Assembly (NCBI GenBank): GCA_044222305.1
Contig: JBGANO010000015.1
Location: 1 to 15,300, forward strand
Reading direction: 5' to 3'
DNA from: Anaerolineales bacterium
Lineage (GTDB): Bacteria; Chloroflexota; Anaerolineae; Anaerolineales; Villigracilaceae
Length of the DNA: 15,300 bases
The translations under genes were made by a program, and so were the position numbers. Shown here one piece after another: positions 5,750 through 12,309 of the stretch. Position 1 is the stretch's first letter; each line of letters starts with the position of its first letter. The notes beneath the pieces are model-generated. The model did no database searches and had not been told where the DNA came from. It was given only the letters and a program-made list of their open reading frames with translations.

Positions 5750-7060
5750 ATGCCAACCTTTTCCCCCTCCCTCTCCTTCGCCCAAGAACTCGACTCCCTC
5801 GACCCCCTCGCTTCCTACCGCGAGCAATTCGTCATCACCGACCCCGACCTGATCTACCTCGACGGCAACTCGCTGGGGCGTATGCCCAAGTCTGCGGCAG
5901 AACGCGCCAAGCAGGTGATAGACGAAGAGTGGGGGCACGACCTAATCCGCGGCTGGAACAAAGGCTGGTGGGAAGCCCCGACTCGCGTGGGCGACAAGAT
6001 CGGAAAATTAATCGGCGCAGAAGCGGGTCAAGTGATCGTTACAGACACGGTTTCAAGCAACCTCTTCAAACTCGCCACCGCCGCGCTCACACACCAACCA
6101 AACAAAAAACGAATCATCACCGATACATTTAATTTCCCCTCCGATCTGTACATCCTCCAGGGGATTCAACACCTCTTATCAGACTCAATACGCAGTACGC
6201 AGCACGCAGTACACAACACGCAATACGAAGTAATCCGCATCACCGCAAGCGATAACGACATTACACCGAATATCACCGAACTTGAATCTGTAATCAATGA
6301 AAACACGGCTTTGGTTACTTTATCGCATGTTGTTTTTAAAAGCGGATATATCTATGACATGCAAAGAATCACAGAACTCGCGCACGCCAAAGGCGCATTG
6401 GTTCTTTGGGATTTGAGTCACTCCGTCGGCGCGGTTCCCATCGAACTCGACAACTGCAACGCCGACCTCGCCATCGGATGCACTTACAAATATCTCAACG
6501 GCGGTCCGGGCGCGCCCGCCTTCCTCTATGTCAACAAAAAGATTCAAGAAAAACTTACCTCGCCCATCTGGGGTTGGTGGGGACAAAAACATCCGTTCGA
6601 CTTCGGTCTCGACTACGAACCCGCCGCAGGCGCGCGAAGATTTTTAGCAGGCACACAACCGATGATCTCCATGCTCACAATGGAAACCGCCCTCGAACCG
6701 ACTCTGCAAGCAGGCATGGACTTCATCCGCGCCAAATCCATCTTGATGACGGACTACGCTTCTTTCCTGACGGATAGCTGGCTCGCCCCTCTCGGCTTTT
6801 CCCTCGGCTCCCCGCGTGACTCTGCCATGCGCGGCTCCCACATCTCCATCCGCCACACGGACGGCTACCGAATCAACCGCGCCCTCATCGAAGAGATGGG
6901 CGTCATCCCCGACTTCCGCGAACCCGACAACATCCGCTTAGGATTTTCATCGCTCTACACATCCTTTGTTGAAATTCGGGAAGGCTTCGATCGCATCAAG
7001 CGCGTGATGGATGAAAAGCGATACGAGAAATATCCGAAGCAAAGGTTGACCGTCACATAA
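5750..7060 (+). CDS. kynU: Kynureninase (PLP-dependent, EC 3.7.1.3).
   Basis: 436-aa ORF. Family motifs: YLDGNSLG, VTDTVSSNLFKL, FPSDLY, WDLSHSVGAVP, the PLP-lysine motif GCTYKYLNGGPGAP, RFLAGTQP, MRGSHISI and PDFREPDNIRLGF. The matches are to Pseudomonas-type kynureninase as recalled from memory. Confidence 0.9.
   Translation: MPTFSPSLSFAQELDSLDPLASYREQFVITDPDLIYLDGNSLGRMPKSAAERAKQVIDEEWGHDLIRGWNKGWWEAPTRVGDKIGKLIGAEAGQVIVTDTVSSNLFKLATAALTHQPNKKRIITDTFNFPSDLYILQGIQHLLSDSIRSTQHAVHNTQYEVIRITASDNDITPNITELESVINENTALVTLSHVVFKSGYIYDMQRITELAHAKGALVLWDLSHSVGAVPIELDNCNADLAIGCTYKYLNGGPGAPAFLYVNKKIQEKLTSPIWGWWGQKHPFDFGLDYEPAAGARRFLAGTQPMISMLTMETALEPTLQAGMDFIRAKSILMTDYASFLTDSWLAPLGFSLGSPRDSAMRGSHISIRHTDGYRINRALIEEMGVIPDFREPDNIRLGFSSLYTSFVEIREGFDRIKRVMDEKRYEKYPKQRLTVT
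6190..6231 (+). repeat. In-frame degenerate heptamer array x6 inside kynU.
   Basis: acgcagt acgcagc acgcagt acacaac acgcaat acgaagt = 42 nt = 14 codons, within the segment encoding SDSIRSTQHAVHNTQYEV. Confidence 0.75.
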
Positions 7061-7130
7061 ACAGACGATTGACCATAGACCACAGACACTGCCTCTCATT
7101 CATCGTCTAACGTCCATCGTCAATGGTCGT
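7061..7130 (+). repeat. Drifting heptamer array x10 in the spacer after kynU.
   Basis: acagacg attgacc atagacc acagaca ctgcctc tcattca tcgtcta acgtcca tcgtcaa tggtcgt. It begins immediately after stop TAA 7058-7060. Confidence 0.55.
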
Positions 7131-7152
7131 CATTTCCCTCAAGGACAAAACC

Positions 7153-7797
7153 ATGGAATCCAAACCCGACACAATCAAAGTATCAGCCAATCATAAAGAG
7201 GAAATATCCGCCAACCGCGCGGACTTGTTCGTGACCGTCAAAGGATCGTCGCTCGTCGGCGGGGACGCGGCGATGAAAAAAGCCAAAGAGGTGAGTCAAC
7301 TCGTCGAAGCGGTGACCAGTCTGGGGGTGGAGTCCGAAGCGATCCACTTGCAGGGAGTCCACATCGAGACGTCGAGCGGCGCGTTGCTGAAATCATCCAG
7401 CGCGACGTATCGGTTGAAAATCCAGTGTGAAAAATTGGATTCACTCGCCGAGATACTCGATGTCGTCTCAGAGCAAAAGAACGCGACGCTGGAGCGCATT
7501 GCATGGAAATACAACGAAGACGAAGCGCATGAACGCGGCTTGCTCGCGGCGTTGGAAAAAGCCAAAAGCAAAGCGGATAAAGTGGCGAAGACGATGGGCG
7601 TGAAGATTCTTGGGGTGTACGATTTGATCGAAAACAGTTTTGATGAAGAAATGCCCTATCCGCAATTTGCCGCCATGCAGGCCGCGCCAAAGCGCTCGGT
7701 AGGTATAACACCCGAACCCAGCCTCGGCATGGACATTCAGCACAGCAAAACAGTCAACGTCAATGTAGAAATTTGGTATCGCGTGTCCCCACTTTAA
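7153..7797 (+). CDS. SIMPL/DUF541-family protein (oxidative-stress-defence or 26-kDa periplasmic immunogenic protein family).
   Basis: ORF 7123-7797. The ATG at 7153 is preferred because it has AAGGA about 9 nt upstream and ATG 7123 lies inside the heptamer array. Typical family pattern: ..I.VS....EISANRADLFVTV...S......AMKKAKEVSQLVEAV...GV....I...GV.I. No signal peptide was seen. Confidence 0.7.
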   Translation: MESKPDTIKVSANHKEEISANRADLFVTVKGSSLVGGDAAMKKAKEVSQLVEAVTSLGVESEAIHLQGVHIETSSGALLKSSSATYRLKIQCEKLDSLAEILDVVSEQKNATLERIAWKYNEDEAHERGLLAALEKAKSKADKVAKTMGVKILGVYDLIENSFDEEMPYPQFAAMQAAPKRSVGITPEPSLGMDIQHSKTVNVNVEIWYRVSPL

Positions 7798-7798
7798 T

Positions 7799-7919
7799 GT
7801 CATTGCGAGCGAAGCGAAGCAATCTCCTCGTCGTATAAGAGATTGCTTCGTCGGGCTACGCTTCGTCTTCGTTCGCCTATCGGCGAACTCCGCTCAGCGT
7901 GAGCCCTCCTCGCAACGAC
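7799..7919. repeat. Palindromic REP/MITE-like element of the GTCAYYSYGAGSG family, between convergent genes.
   Basis: Terminal inverted repeats GTCATTGCGAGCG (7799-) and CCTCGCAACGAC (-7919). Internal perfect 12-bp hairpin CGAAGCAATCTC (7815-7826) / GAGATTGCTTCG (7839-7850). Second hairpin GTTCGCC (7871-7877) / GGCGAAC (7882-7888). Confidence 0.6.
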
Positions 7920-7924
7920 ATTTG

Positions 7925-8329
7925 TTATTTCCGCGCCAACACAATCACGGAGGCGCCATCGGCAGAAGTGATCGTCAGTGTATCGCCATTCAGCGAAAAG
8001 GTTGCGGCGCCAGCAAACACACTGAGCACGGCAGATTCTTGCACGCTTGCATTGCCGATGCAAGCCATCTTCGTTGAGATAAATTGGCTAAAGACGATGT
8101 TGCTTTCCTCCAACGTGTACCCACCATTGAATTGATTGCAACCCACATTGCCGCTGATCTTTTCAGCGTCAAACATTATGGATGTTTCAATATTCGGATC
8201 GGCGGGAGTTGGGTTGGATGCTGAACCGTACGAAACAAGTCCCCATTCCCCCGCGAGGGATGCGGACGCGGCAGGGGCGCAAGCCGCAAGCGCGAACACG
8301 GCAACGATTAACAAATAGAATTTTTTCAT
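7925..8329 (-). CDS. META-domain (HslJ-like) lipoprotein.
   Basis: The ORF runs to 8341, but GAGGAG sits 4 nt upstream of the ATG at 8329. MKKFYLLIVAVFALAAC has lipobox LAAC. The META motif GNVGCNQFNGGY and the ..LTITSADG..VIVLARK tail are present. Confidence 0.85.
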   Translation of the reverse strand: MKKFYLLIVAVFALAACAPAASASLAGEWGLVSYGSASNPTPADPNIETSIMFDAEKISGNVGCNQFNGGYTLEESNIVFSQFISTKMACIGNASVQESAVLSVFAGAATFSLNGDTLTITSADGASVIVLARK

Positions 8330-8417
8330 GATACTCCTCATATAATTGATTTCATTTTATCTGACGAAATTTTCTCACGAATGTTCCCTATTCGAGTTAA
8401 CCCAAATCACCGAACAA

Positions 8418-8475
8418 CGTAGTAGCGACTTCAGTCGCTTTTTACCGTAATTTGACGACTGAAGTCGTCACTACG
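8418..8475. repeat. Long imperfect palindrome of the GCGACTTCAGTCGC type.
   Basis: Arms CGTAGTAGCGACTTCAGTCG (8418-8437) and CGACTGAAGTCGTCACTACG (8456-8475) pair at 18 of 20 positions. Each arm also contains its own 6-bp mini-hairpin (AGCGAC-TTCA-GTCGCT and GACGAC-TGAA-GTCGTC). Confidence 0.7.
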
Positions 8476-8576
8476 CGATAGCCATTCAATGTTATTCTGA
8501 ATAATGGGGCACGGCATCACCTCTAGCACTTTTGTTCTACAAATGATAAAATCGCGTCTCTCAAAGGAATAAGGGT

Positions 8577-9581
8577 ATGACTTCAGAAACCATAATCGTT
8601 GACCAACTCAGCAAAACGTATCAAGTGCCAGAACGCGAAGGCGGATTCGGCGCGGCGGTGCGTGGCTTCTTCAAACGCAAATACAAAGATGTGAAAGCCG
8701 TGCAGGAGGTCAACTTCAAGATCGAGCAGGGAGAGATCGTCGGCTTTCTCGGTCCGAACGGCGCGGGCAAGACGACCACGCTCAAAATGCTCTCTGGTTT
8801 GCTCCACCCCACCGAAGGCAAAGCCGTTGTGCTTGGATTCACTCCGTGGGAATTGAAAGCCGATTACCTGCGCTCGATGACCCTCGTGATGGGACAACGC
8901 AACCGCCTCGCATGGGACATCCCCGCGGCGGATTCGTATTTGCTCGCCCAAGCCATTTACCGCCTTTCCGATGATGACTACAAAAAAACATACAAAGAAC
9001 TCGATGAACTACTCGAACTCGAACCGTTGATGAAGAAGCCCGTCCGCAATCTTTCGCTGGGTGAACGGATGAAAGTCGAGATCGCGGCGGGATTGTTACA
9101 TCGCCCCAAAGTGTTGTTCCTCGACGAACCCACAATTGGATTGGATATCACAGGTCAGGTAAAGATCCGCGAATTTTTGCGCGAGTACAACAAACGCACA
9201 GGCGCGACGATTCTGCTCACGAGTCATTACATGGCGGACGTGACCGCGTTGTGCGAGCGGATCATCATCATCCATCACGGTCAACTCAAATATGACGGCG
9301 GCATCGCCAACCTGTCGCGTCGCATCGCGCCGTTCAAGTTGATCGGCGTGCGACTTGCCCTGAGCGGAGACGAAGGGTTGGAGAAGTCGAACGGACGCGA
9401 TCTGTCGCAGTATGGCGAACCAGTTCAAAATGAGGAAGACGCGGAGAAGGTCTACATCCGCGTCAAATCGGAGGATGTCACGAAAGTCACATCGCGCATG
9501 TTGTCCGAACTCCCCATCCACGATATCACGATCGCCGATCCGCCGATCGAGGATGTGATCGAGCGGGCGTTTAATGAATAA
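8577..9581 (+). CDS. ABC transporter ATP-binding protein (COG4586-like uncharacterised ABC-2 system).
   Basis: 334 aa. Walker A GPNGAGKTT, Q-loop MGQR, signature LSLGERMK, Walker B VLFLDEPT, H-loop TSHYM, and an extra C-terminal domain of about 90 aa. Confidence 0.92.
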   Translation: MTSETIIVDQLSKTYQVPEREGGFGAAVRGFFKRKYKDVKAVQEVNFKIEQGEIVGFLGPNGAGKTTTLKMLSGLLHPTEGKAVVLGFTPWELKADYLRSMTLVMGQRNRLAWDIPAADSYLLAQAIYRLSDDDYKKTYKELDELLELEPLMKKPVRNLSLGERMKVEIAAGLLHRPKVLFLDEPTIGLDITGQVKIREFLREYNKRTGATILLTSHYMADVTALCERIIIIHHGQLKYDGGIANLSRRIAPFKLIGVRLALSGDEGLEKSNGRDLSQYGEPVQNEEDAEKVYIRVKSEDVTKVTSRMLSELPIHDITIADPPIEDVIERAFNE

Positions 9582-9599
9582 ACCTTTTCACCGCGAAGC

Positions 9600-9654
9600 G
9601 CGCGAAGACCACAAAGAAAAAAGATTTTCCTTCGCGTTCTTGGCGGTCTTCGCG
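9600..9654. repeat. Palindromic element of the CGCGAAGACCACAAAG type, inside the ABC operon.
   Basis: Arms CGCGAAGACCACAAAGAA (9601-9618) and TTCTTGGCGGTCTTCGCG (9637-9654) pair at 16 of 18 positions. It lies between the ATPase stop (9581) and the permease start (9669). Confidence 0.65.
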
Positions 9655-9668
9655 GTTAAGGAAGTTTT

Positions 9669-10466
9669 ATGTTAAACATTTTCAAACGACTCTGGCAGGT
9701 GAACTGGGCGGAGCAGTGGCAATACCGCGCCAACCTCGCCATGTACATTTTATATTGGCTCGTTTCGCCGATCATTTATCTCTCGGTGTGGACGAGCATC
9801 GCCACCGTCAACGGCGACGTGAAGGGGCTGACCGCCAACGACTTCATCACGTATTACATGATCCTGCTCATCGTGGATCAACTCACCAGCAACATCATCA
9901 TTCATAACTTCGGATACAAAGTGCAAGACGGCTCGCTCTCGGGCGAACTCATCAAACCGATTCATCCGATGCTGACGAACGCGCTGGTGAACGACATCGC
10001 CTTCAAGACGTTGAACATGATGCTGTTGATTCCGATCTGGATCGGGCTTGCGCTTCTCTTCAAGCCTCAGTTTGATTCAGTTTCCTGGAGCGGAATCGCC
10101 CTTGCGATCCCCGTCATCATGCTGGGTTACGCCATCAACTTTTTACTCTCGGGCATTATCACCTCGCTCGCCTTCTGGACGACGCGCGTGTACTCGATTC
10201 ACGAATTTTATTACGCGCTGACCTTGTTATTTGCAGGCTCCTTCGTGCCGTTGCAATTAATGCCTGATGTGATTCAAAATATCGCGCGCGTTCTGCCGTT
10301 TCAATTATTTATGTACCTGCCGATTCAAATAATTCAAGGGAATCTTTCCATGAGCGAAATCACGCAAGGATATATAACAGGCATCCTCTGGTTCATCGCC
10401 GCGCTGATCGGATTCCGATTCGTCTGGCGCGAGGGAGTCAAACGATACGCCGCGGTGGGAGCGTGA
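9669..10466 (+). CDS. ABC-2 family permease (ABC2_membrane_6 / COG4587-like).
   Basis: 265-aa hydrophobic ORF with about 6 predicted TM segments. AGGA lies 6 nt upstream. It directly follows the ATPase on the same strand. Confidence 0.82.
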   Translation: MLNIFKRLWQVNWAEQWQYRANLAMYILYWLVSPIIYLSVWTSIATVNGDVKGLTANDFITYYMILLIVDQLTSNIIIHNFGYKVQDGSLSGELIKPIHPMLTNALVNDIAFKTLNMMLLIPIWIGLALLFKPQFDSVSWSGIALAIPVIMLGYAINFLLSGIITSLAFWTTRVYSIHEFYYALTLLFAGSFVPLQLMPDVIQNIARVLPFQLFMYLPIQIIQGNLSMSEITQGYITGILWFIAALIGFRFVWREGVKRYAAVGA

Positions 10467-10479
10467 CAGATAAAACCAT

Positions 10480-10579
10480 GTCATGCTGAGGAACGCCTCT
10501 CGTCCCGAAGCATCTCTCCTCGTGTTTGGAGTCTTACTGCCCTGACGCAGTGCAACTGCGTCAAGAACTTTAGAATGAC
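10480..10579. repeat. Palindromic REP/MITE-like element of the GTCAYYSYGAGSG family, between the two permease genes.
   Basis: Starts GTCATGCTGAGGAACG..CGAAGCATCTC and ends ..TTTAGAATGAC (imperfect TIRs, 9 of 12). Internal hairpin GACGCAGT/ACTGCGTC (10544-10562). Confidence 0.5.
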
Positions 10580-10595
10580 AAACAATGGATAACAT

Positions 10596-11381
10596 ATGCA
10601 CTCATTCAAATTAATTTCCACCTTTATCAAGATCAACATTCAAATGGCGGTAGCATACCGCGCTGACACTATCGTGAACATTTTGCTCAACTTGATGTGG
10701 CTTGGCTGGGAACTGCTCACGCTCAACATTATTTTCAGCAACACCCAAACCATCGGCGGTTGGGGATTCGGCGAATTGATCGCCCTGCTCGGAGTCTTCC
10801 GTCTCGTCAACACGATGATGTTCGCGCTGATCTGGCCCAACACCGAAAAATTCAATGCGTCCATCCGCGACGGTTCGATGGATTACACCATCCTCCAACC
10901 CGTCGACAGCATGTTCCTCGTCACATTTTCGCGCATCACCATCTGGCGGATTTGGGATCTGATCCTTGCTATCGTTTTGATCGCCATCGGCATCAACATT
11001 TCGGGAGATTTAGTTACCCCGCTCAGTATTTTACACTTCGTATTACTCGCCACCTCGGGCGTAATCATCATCTACAGTTTGTGGATCATCCTGATCGCCC
11101 TCACTTTTTGGTTCACCAAATTCGACAACAACGTGACCATCCTCCACGCCCTCATCGACGCGGGGCGCTACCCCTCAACCGTGTATCCCATGTGGTTGCA
11201 GATCATCGTCACGTTTCTCATTCCGATCGCGGTGGCGACGACGGTTCCCCTCCAGGCATTGCGCGGCGATTTGGAGGGTTGGCGCATCATCATGTTTTTT
11301 GCGATTGGGATCGCCAGTTTCATCGTCGCGTCACAGGTTTGGAAGAGGGGATTGAAGCGGTACAGCGGCGCGAGTAGTTAA
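10596..11381 (+). CDS. ABC-2 family permease (second subunit, COG3694-like).
   Basis: 261-aa hydrophobic ORF with about 6 TM segments and the same C-terminal K/R-YSGA(G)-type tail as the first permease (KRYAAVGA vs KRYSGASS). There is no clear SD, so the start is uncertain (alternative ATG at 10644). Confidence 0.8.
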   Translation: MHSFKLISTFIKINIQMAVAYRADTIVNILLNLMWLGWELLTLNIIFSNTQTIGGWGFGELIALLGVFRLVNTMMFALIWPNTEKFNASIRDGSMDYTILQPVDSMFLVTFSRITIWRIWDLILAIVLIAIGINISGDLVTPLSILHFVLLATSGVIIIYSLWIILIALTFWFTKFDNNVTILHALIDAGRYPSTVYPMWLQIIVTFLIPIAVATTVPLQALRGDLEGWRIIMFFAIGIASFIVASQVWKRGLKRYSGASS

Positions 11382-11390
11382 AGACCTCAG

Positions 11391-11420
11391 CCACAGATTA
11401 CACGGATTCTCACGGATTTT
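11391..11420 (+). repeat. Degenerate 10-nt tandem repeat x3.
   Basis: ccacagatta cacggattct cacggatttt, 10 nt after the permease stop. Confidence 0.6.
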
Positions 11421-11452
11421 TATTTAAAGACCGTCTGGTGATCGAATCAAAA

Positions 11453-11483
11453 AGCCAACCCTCTAAGTCGGGTTGGCTTTTCT
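11453..11483. terminator. Bidirectional rho-independent terminator between convergent genes.
   Basis: 9-bp stem AGCCAACCC (11453-11461) / GGGTTGGCT (11470-11478) with an 8-nt loop. It is flanked by AAAAA upstream and TTTTCT downstream, so there is a U-tract on both strands. Confidence 0.75.
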
Positions 11484-11560
11484 GTGTAAATCGGTGAAAC
11501 TTGTGCTGACGGTTCGTCTTTCGCTCACCGTGCCGAAGTATCCGTGGCTAAAAGCTCGTA

Positions 11561-11971
11561 TTATTTCTTCGCAAGCACAACGACCGAACTTCCATCCGCT
11601 GATGTAATCGTCAACGCGTTGCCGTTCAATTCATAGGTGGCGGTTTCGACGAATACGCCGAACAAGACCTGCTCCTGTTCACCTGCGGGACCTTCACAGA
11701 ACATCAACGTTGAGAAGAGAGCGCCGAACGTGATCGTGCCGTCGCCTGTTTTATAATCGCCGCCGAAGCCGTTACAGCCAACATTTCCATTCACCTGACC
11801 GTCATCGCCGAAGATGATGGAGGTCTCCACATCGGGCGCGGCAGGCGTCGGGTTGGTTGCGTCGCCATAGGATTCGAGAGTCCACTCCCCAACGATCGAG
11901 GGGGACGCGGCGGGGGCACAGGCAGCAAGGGCAATTGCCATCATAGAAAGTAACACAAAAATCTTCTTCAT
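11561..11971 (-). CDS. META-domain (HslJ-like) lipoprotein, paralog of 7925-8329.
   Basis: 136 aa with AGGAG 6 nt upstream. MKKIFVLLSMMAIALAAC has a lipobox. The motif GNVGCNGFGGDY and the tail LTITSADGSSVVVLAKK are present. Roughly half the residues are identical to the other META protein by eye. Confidence 0.85.
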   Translation of the reverse strand: MKKIFVLLSMMAIALAACAPAASPSIVGEWTLESYGDATNPTPAAPDVETSIIFGDDGQVNGNVGCNGFGGDYKTGDGTITFGALFSTLMFCEGPAGEQEQVLFGVFVETATYELNGNALTITSADGSSVVVLAKK

Positions 11972-12022
11972 CTTTATCTCCTAAAAATATTTTACTGTCC
12001 ACATTCCACACATTTTGAATAT

Positions 12023-12090
12023 GTCACCCTGAGCGATAGCGAAGGGTCTCTACGGCAACGTCAGGGATTCTTCGCTCCGCTCAGAATGAC
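12023..12090. repeat. Palindromic REP/MITE-like element of the GTCAYYSYGAGSG family.
   Basis: Left arm GTCACCCTGAGCGATAGCGAAG (12023-) pairs with right arm CTTCGCTCCGCTCAGAATGAC (12070-12090) at about 18 of 22 positions with one gap. Confidence 0.65.
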
Positions 12091-12187
12091 ATTGCGTACG
12101 GTAAGTTACTGAATGGACGAATTTCCTACCGAAAAGTTCCCGTAAATATTTTGTGTAGAGAGCGCTCTCTAGCGCACTTTTTCAATT

Positions 12188-12296
12188 GACCTCTTGCGAA
12201 AGTCTCTTCGCCACAGAGAGCACAGAGAAAAAAGAGATTTTCTCAAAGGTCTCTGTGGACTCTGTGGCTAAGCAAAACGCACTTATGCAAGAGATC
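12188..12296. repeat. Nested palindromic element of the GCCACAGAG type.
   Basis: Inner arms GCCACAGAGAGCACAGAG (12210-12227) / CTCTGTGGACTCTGTGGC (12251-12268) pair at 16 of 18 positions. Outer arms are GACCTCTTGCGAAAG (12188-12202) / CTTATGCAAGAGATC (12282-12296). Confidence 0.6.
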
Positions 12297-12309
12297 TAAT
12301 AGATTTATC

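Noticed and set aside
4014-7060. GMC oxidoreductase plus kynureninase as a dedicated tryptophan/kynurenine catabolic operon.
   Set aside because: No tryptophan 2,3-dioxygenase or kynurenine formamidase is present. The only link is adjacency and the shared leader motif, which is reported separately as a sequence observation.
7800-8063. 87-aa minus-strand ORF ending ..EEIASLRSQ.
   Set aside because: Its 3' part is read through the palindromic repeat element 7799-7919, and its 5' part overlaps the META CDS out of frame. This is the classic spurious ORF generated by this repeat type.
8492-8504. 13-nt perfect palindrome TTATTCTGAATAA about 73 nt upstream of the ABC ATPase start, plus a TG-n-TAAAAT extended -10-like hexamer at 8544-8552, as a possible operator and promoter.
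   Set aside because: Both are too short and AT-rich to distinguish from chance in this spacer. No regulator gene is nearby and no -35 is present, so they are not reported as features.
12156-12182. Perfect 16-nt palindrome TAGAGAGCGCTCTCTA followed 6 nt later by TTTTT, which looks like a + strand terminator.
   Set aside because: No + strand gene lies upstream to terminate, since both neighbours are on the minus strand. On the minus strand the hairpin is not followed by a U-tract. It may be another small repeat, with no support for function.
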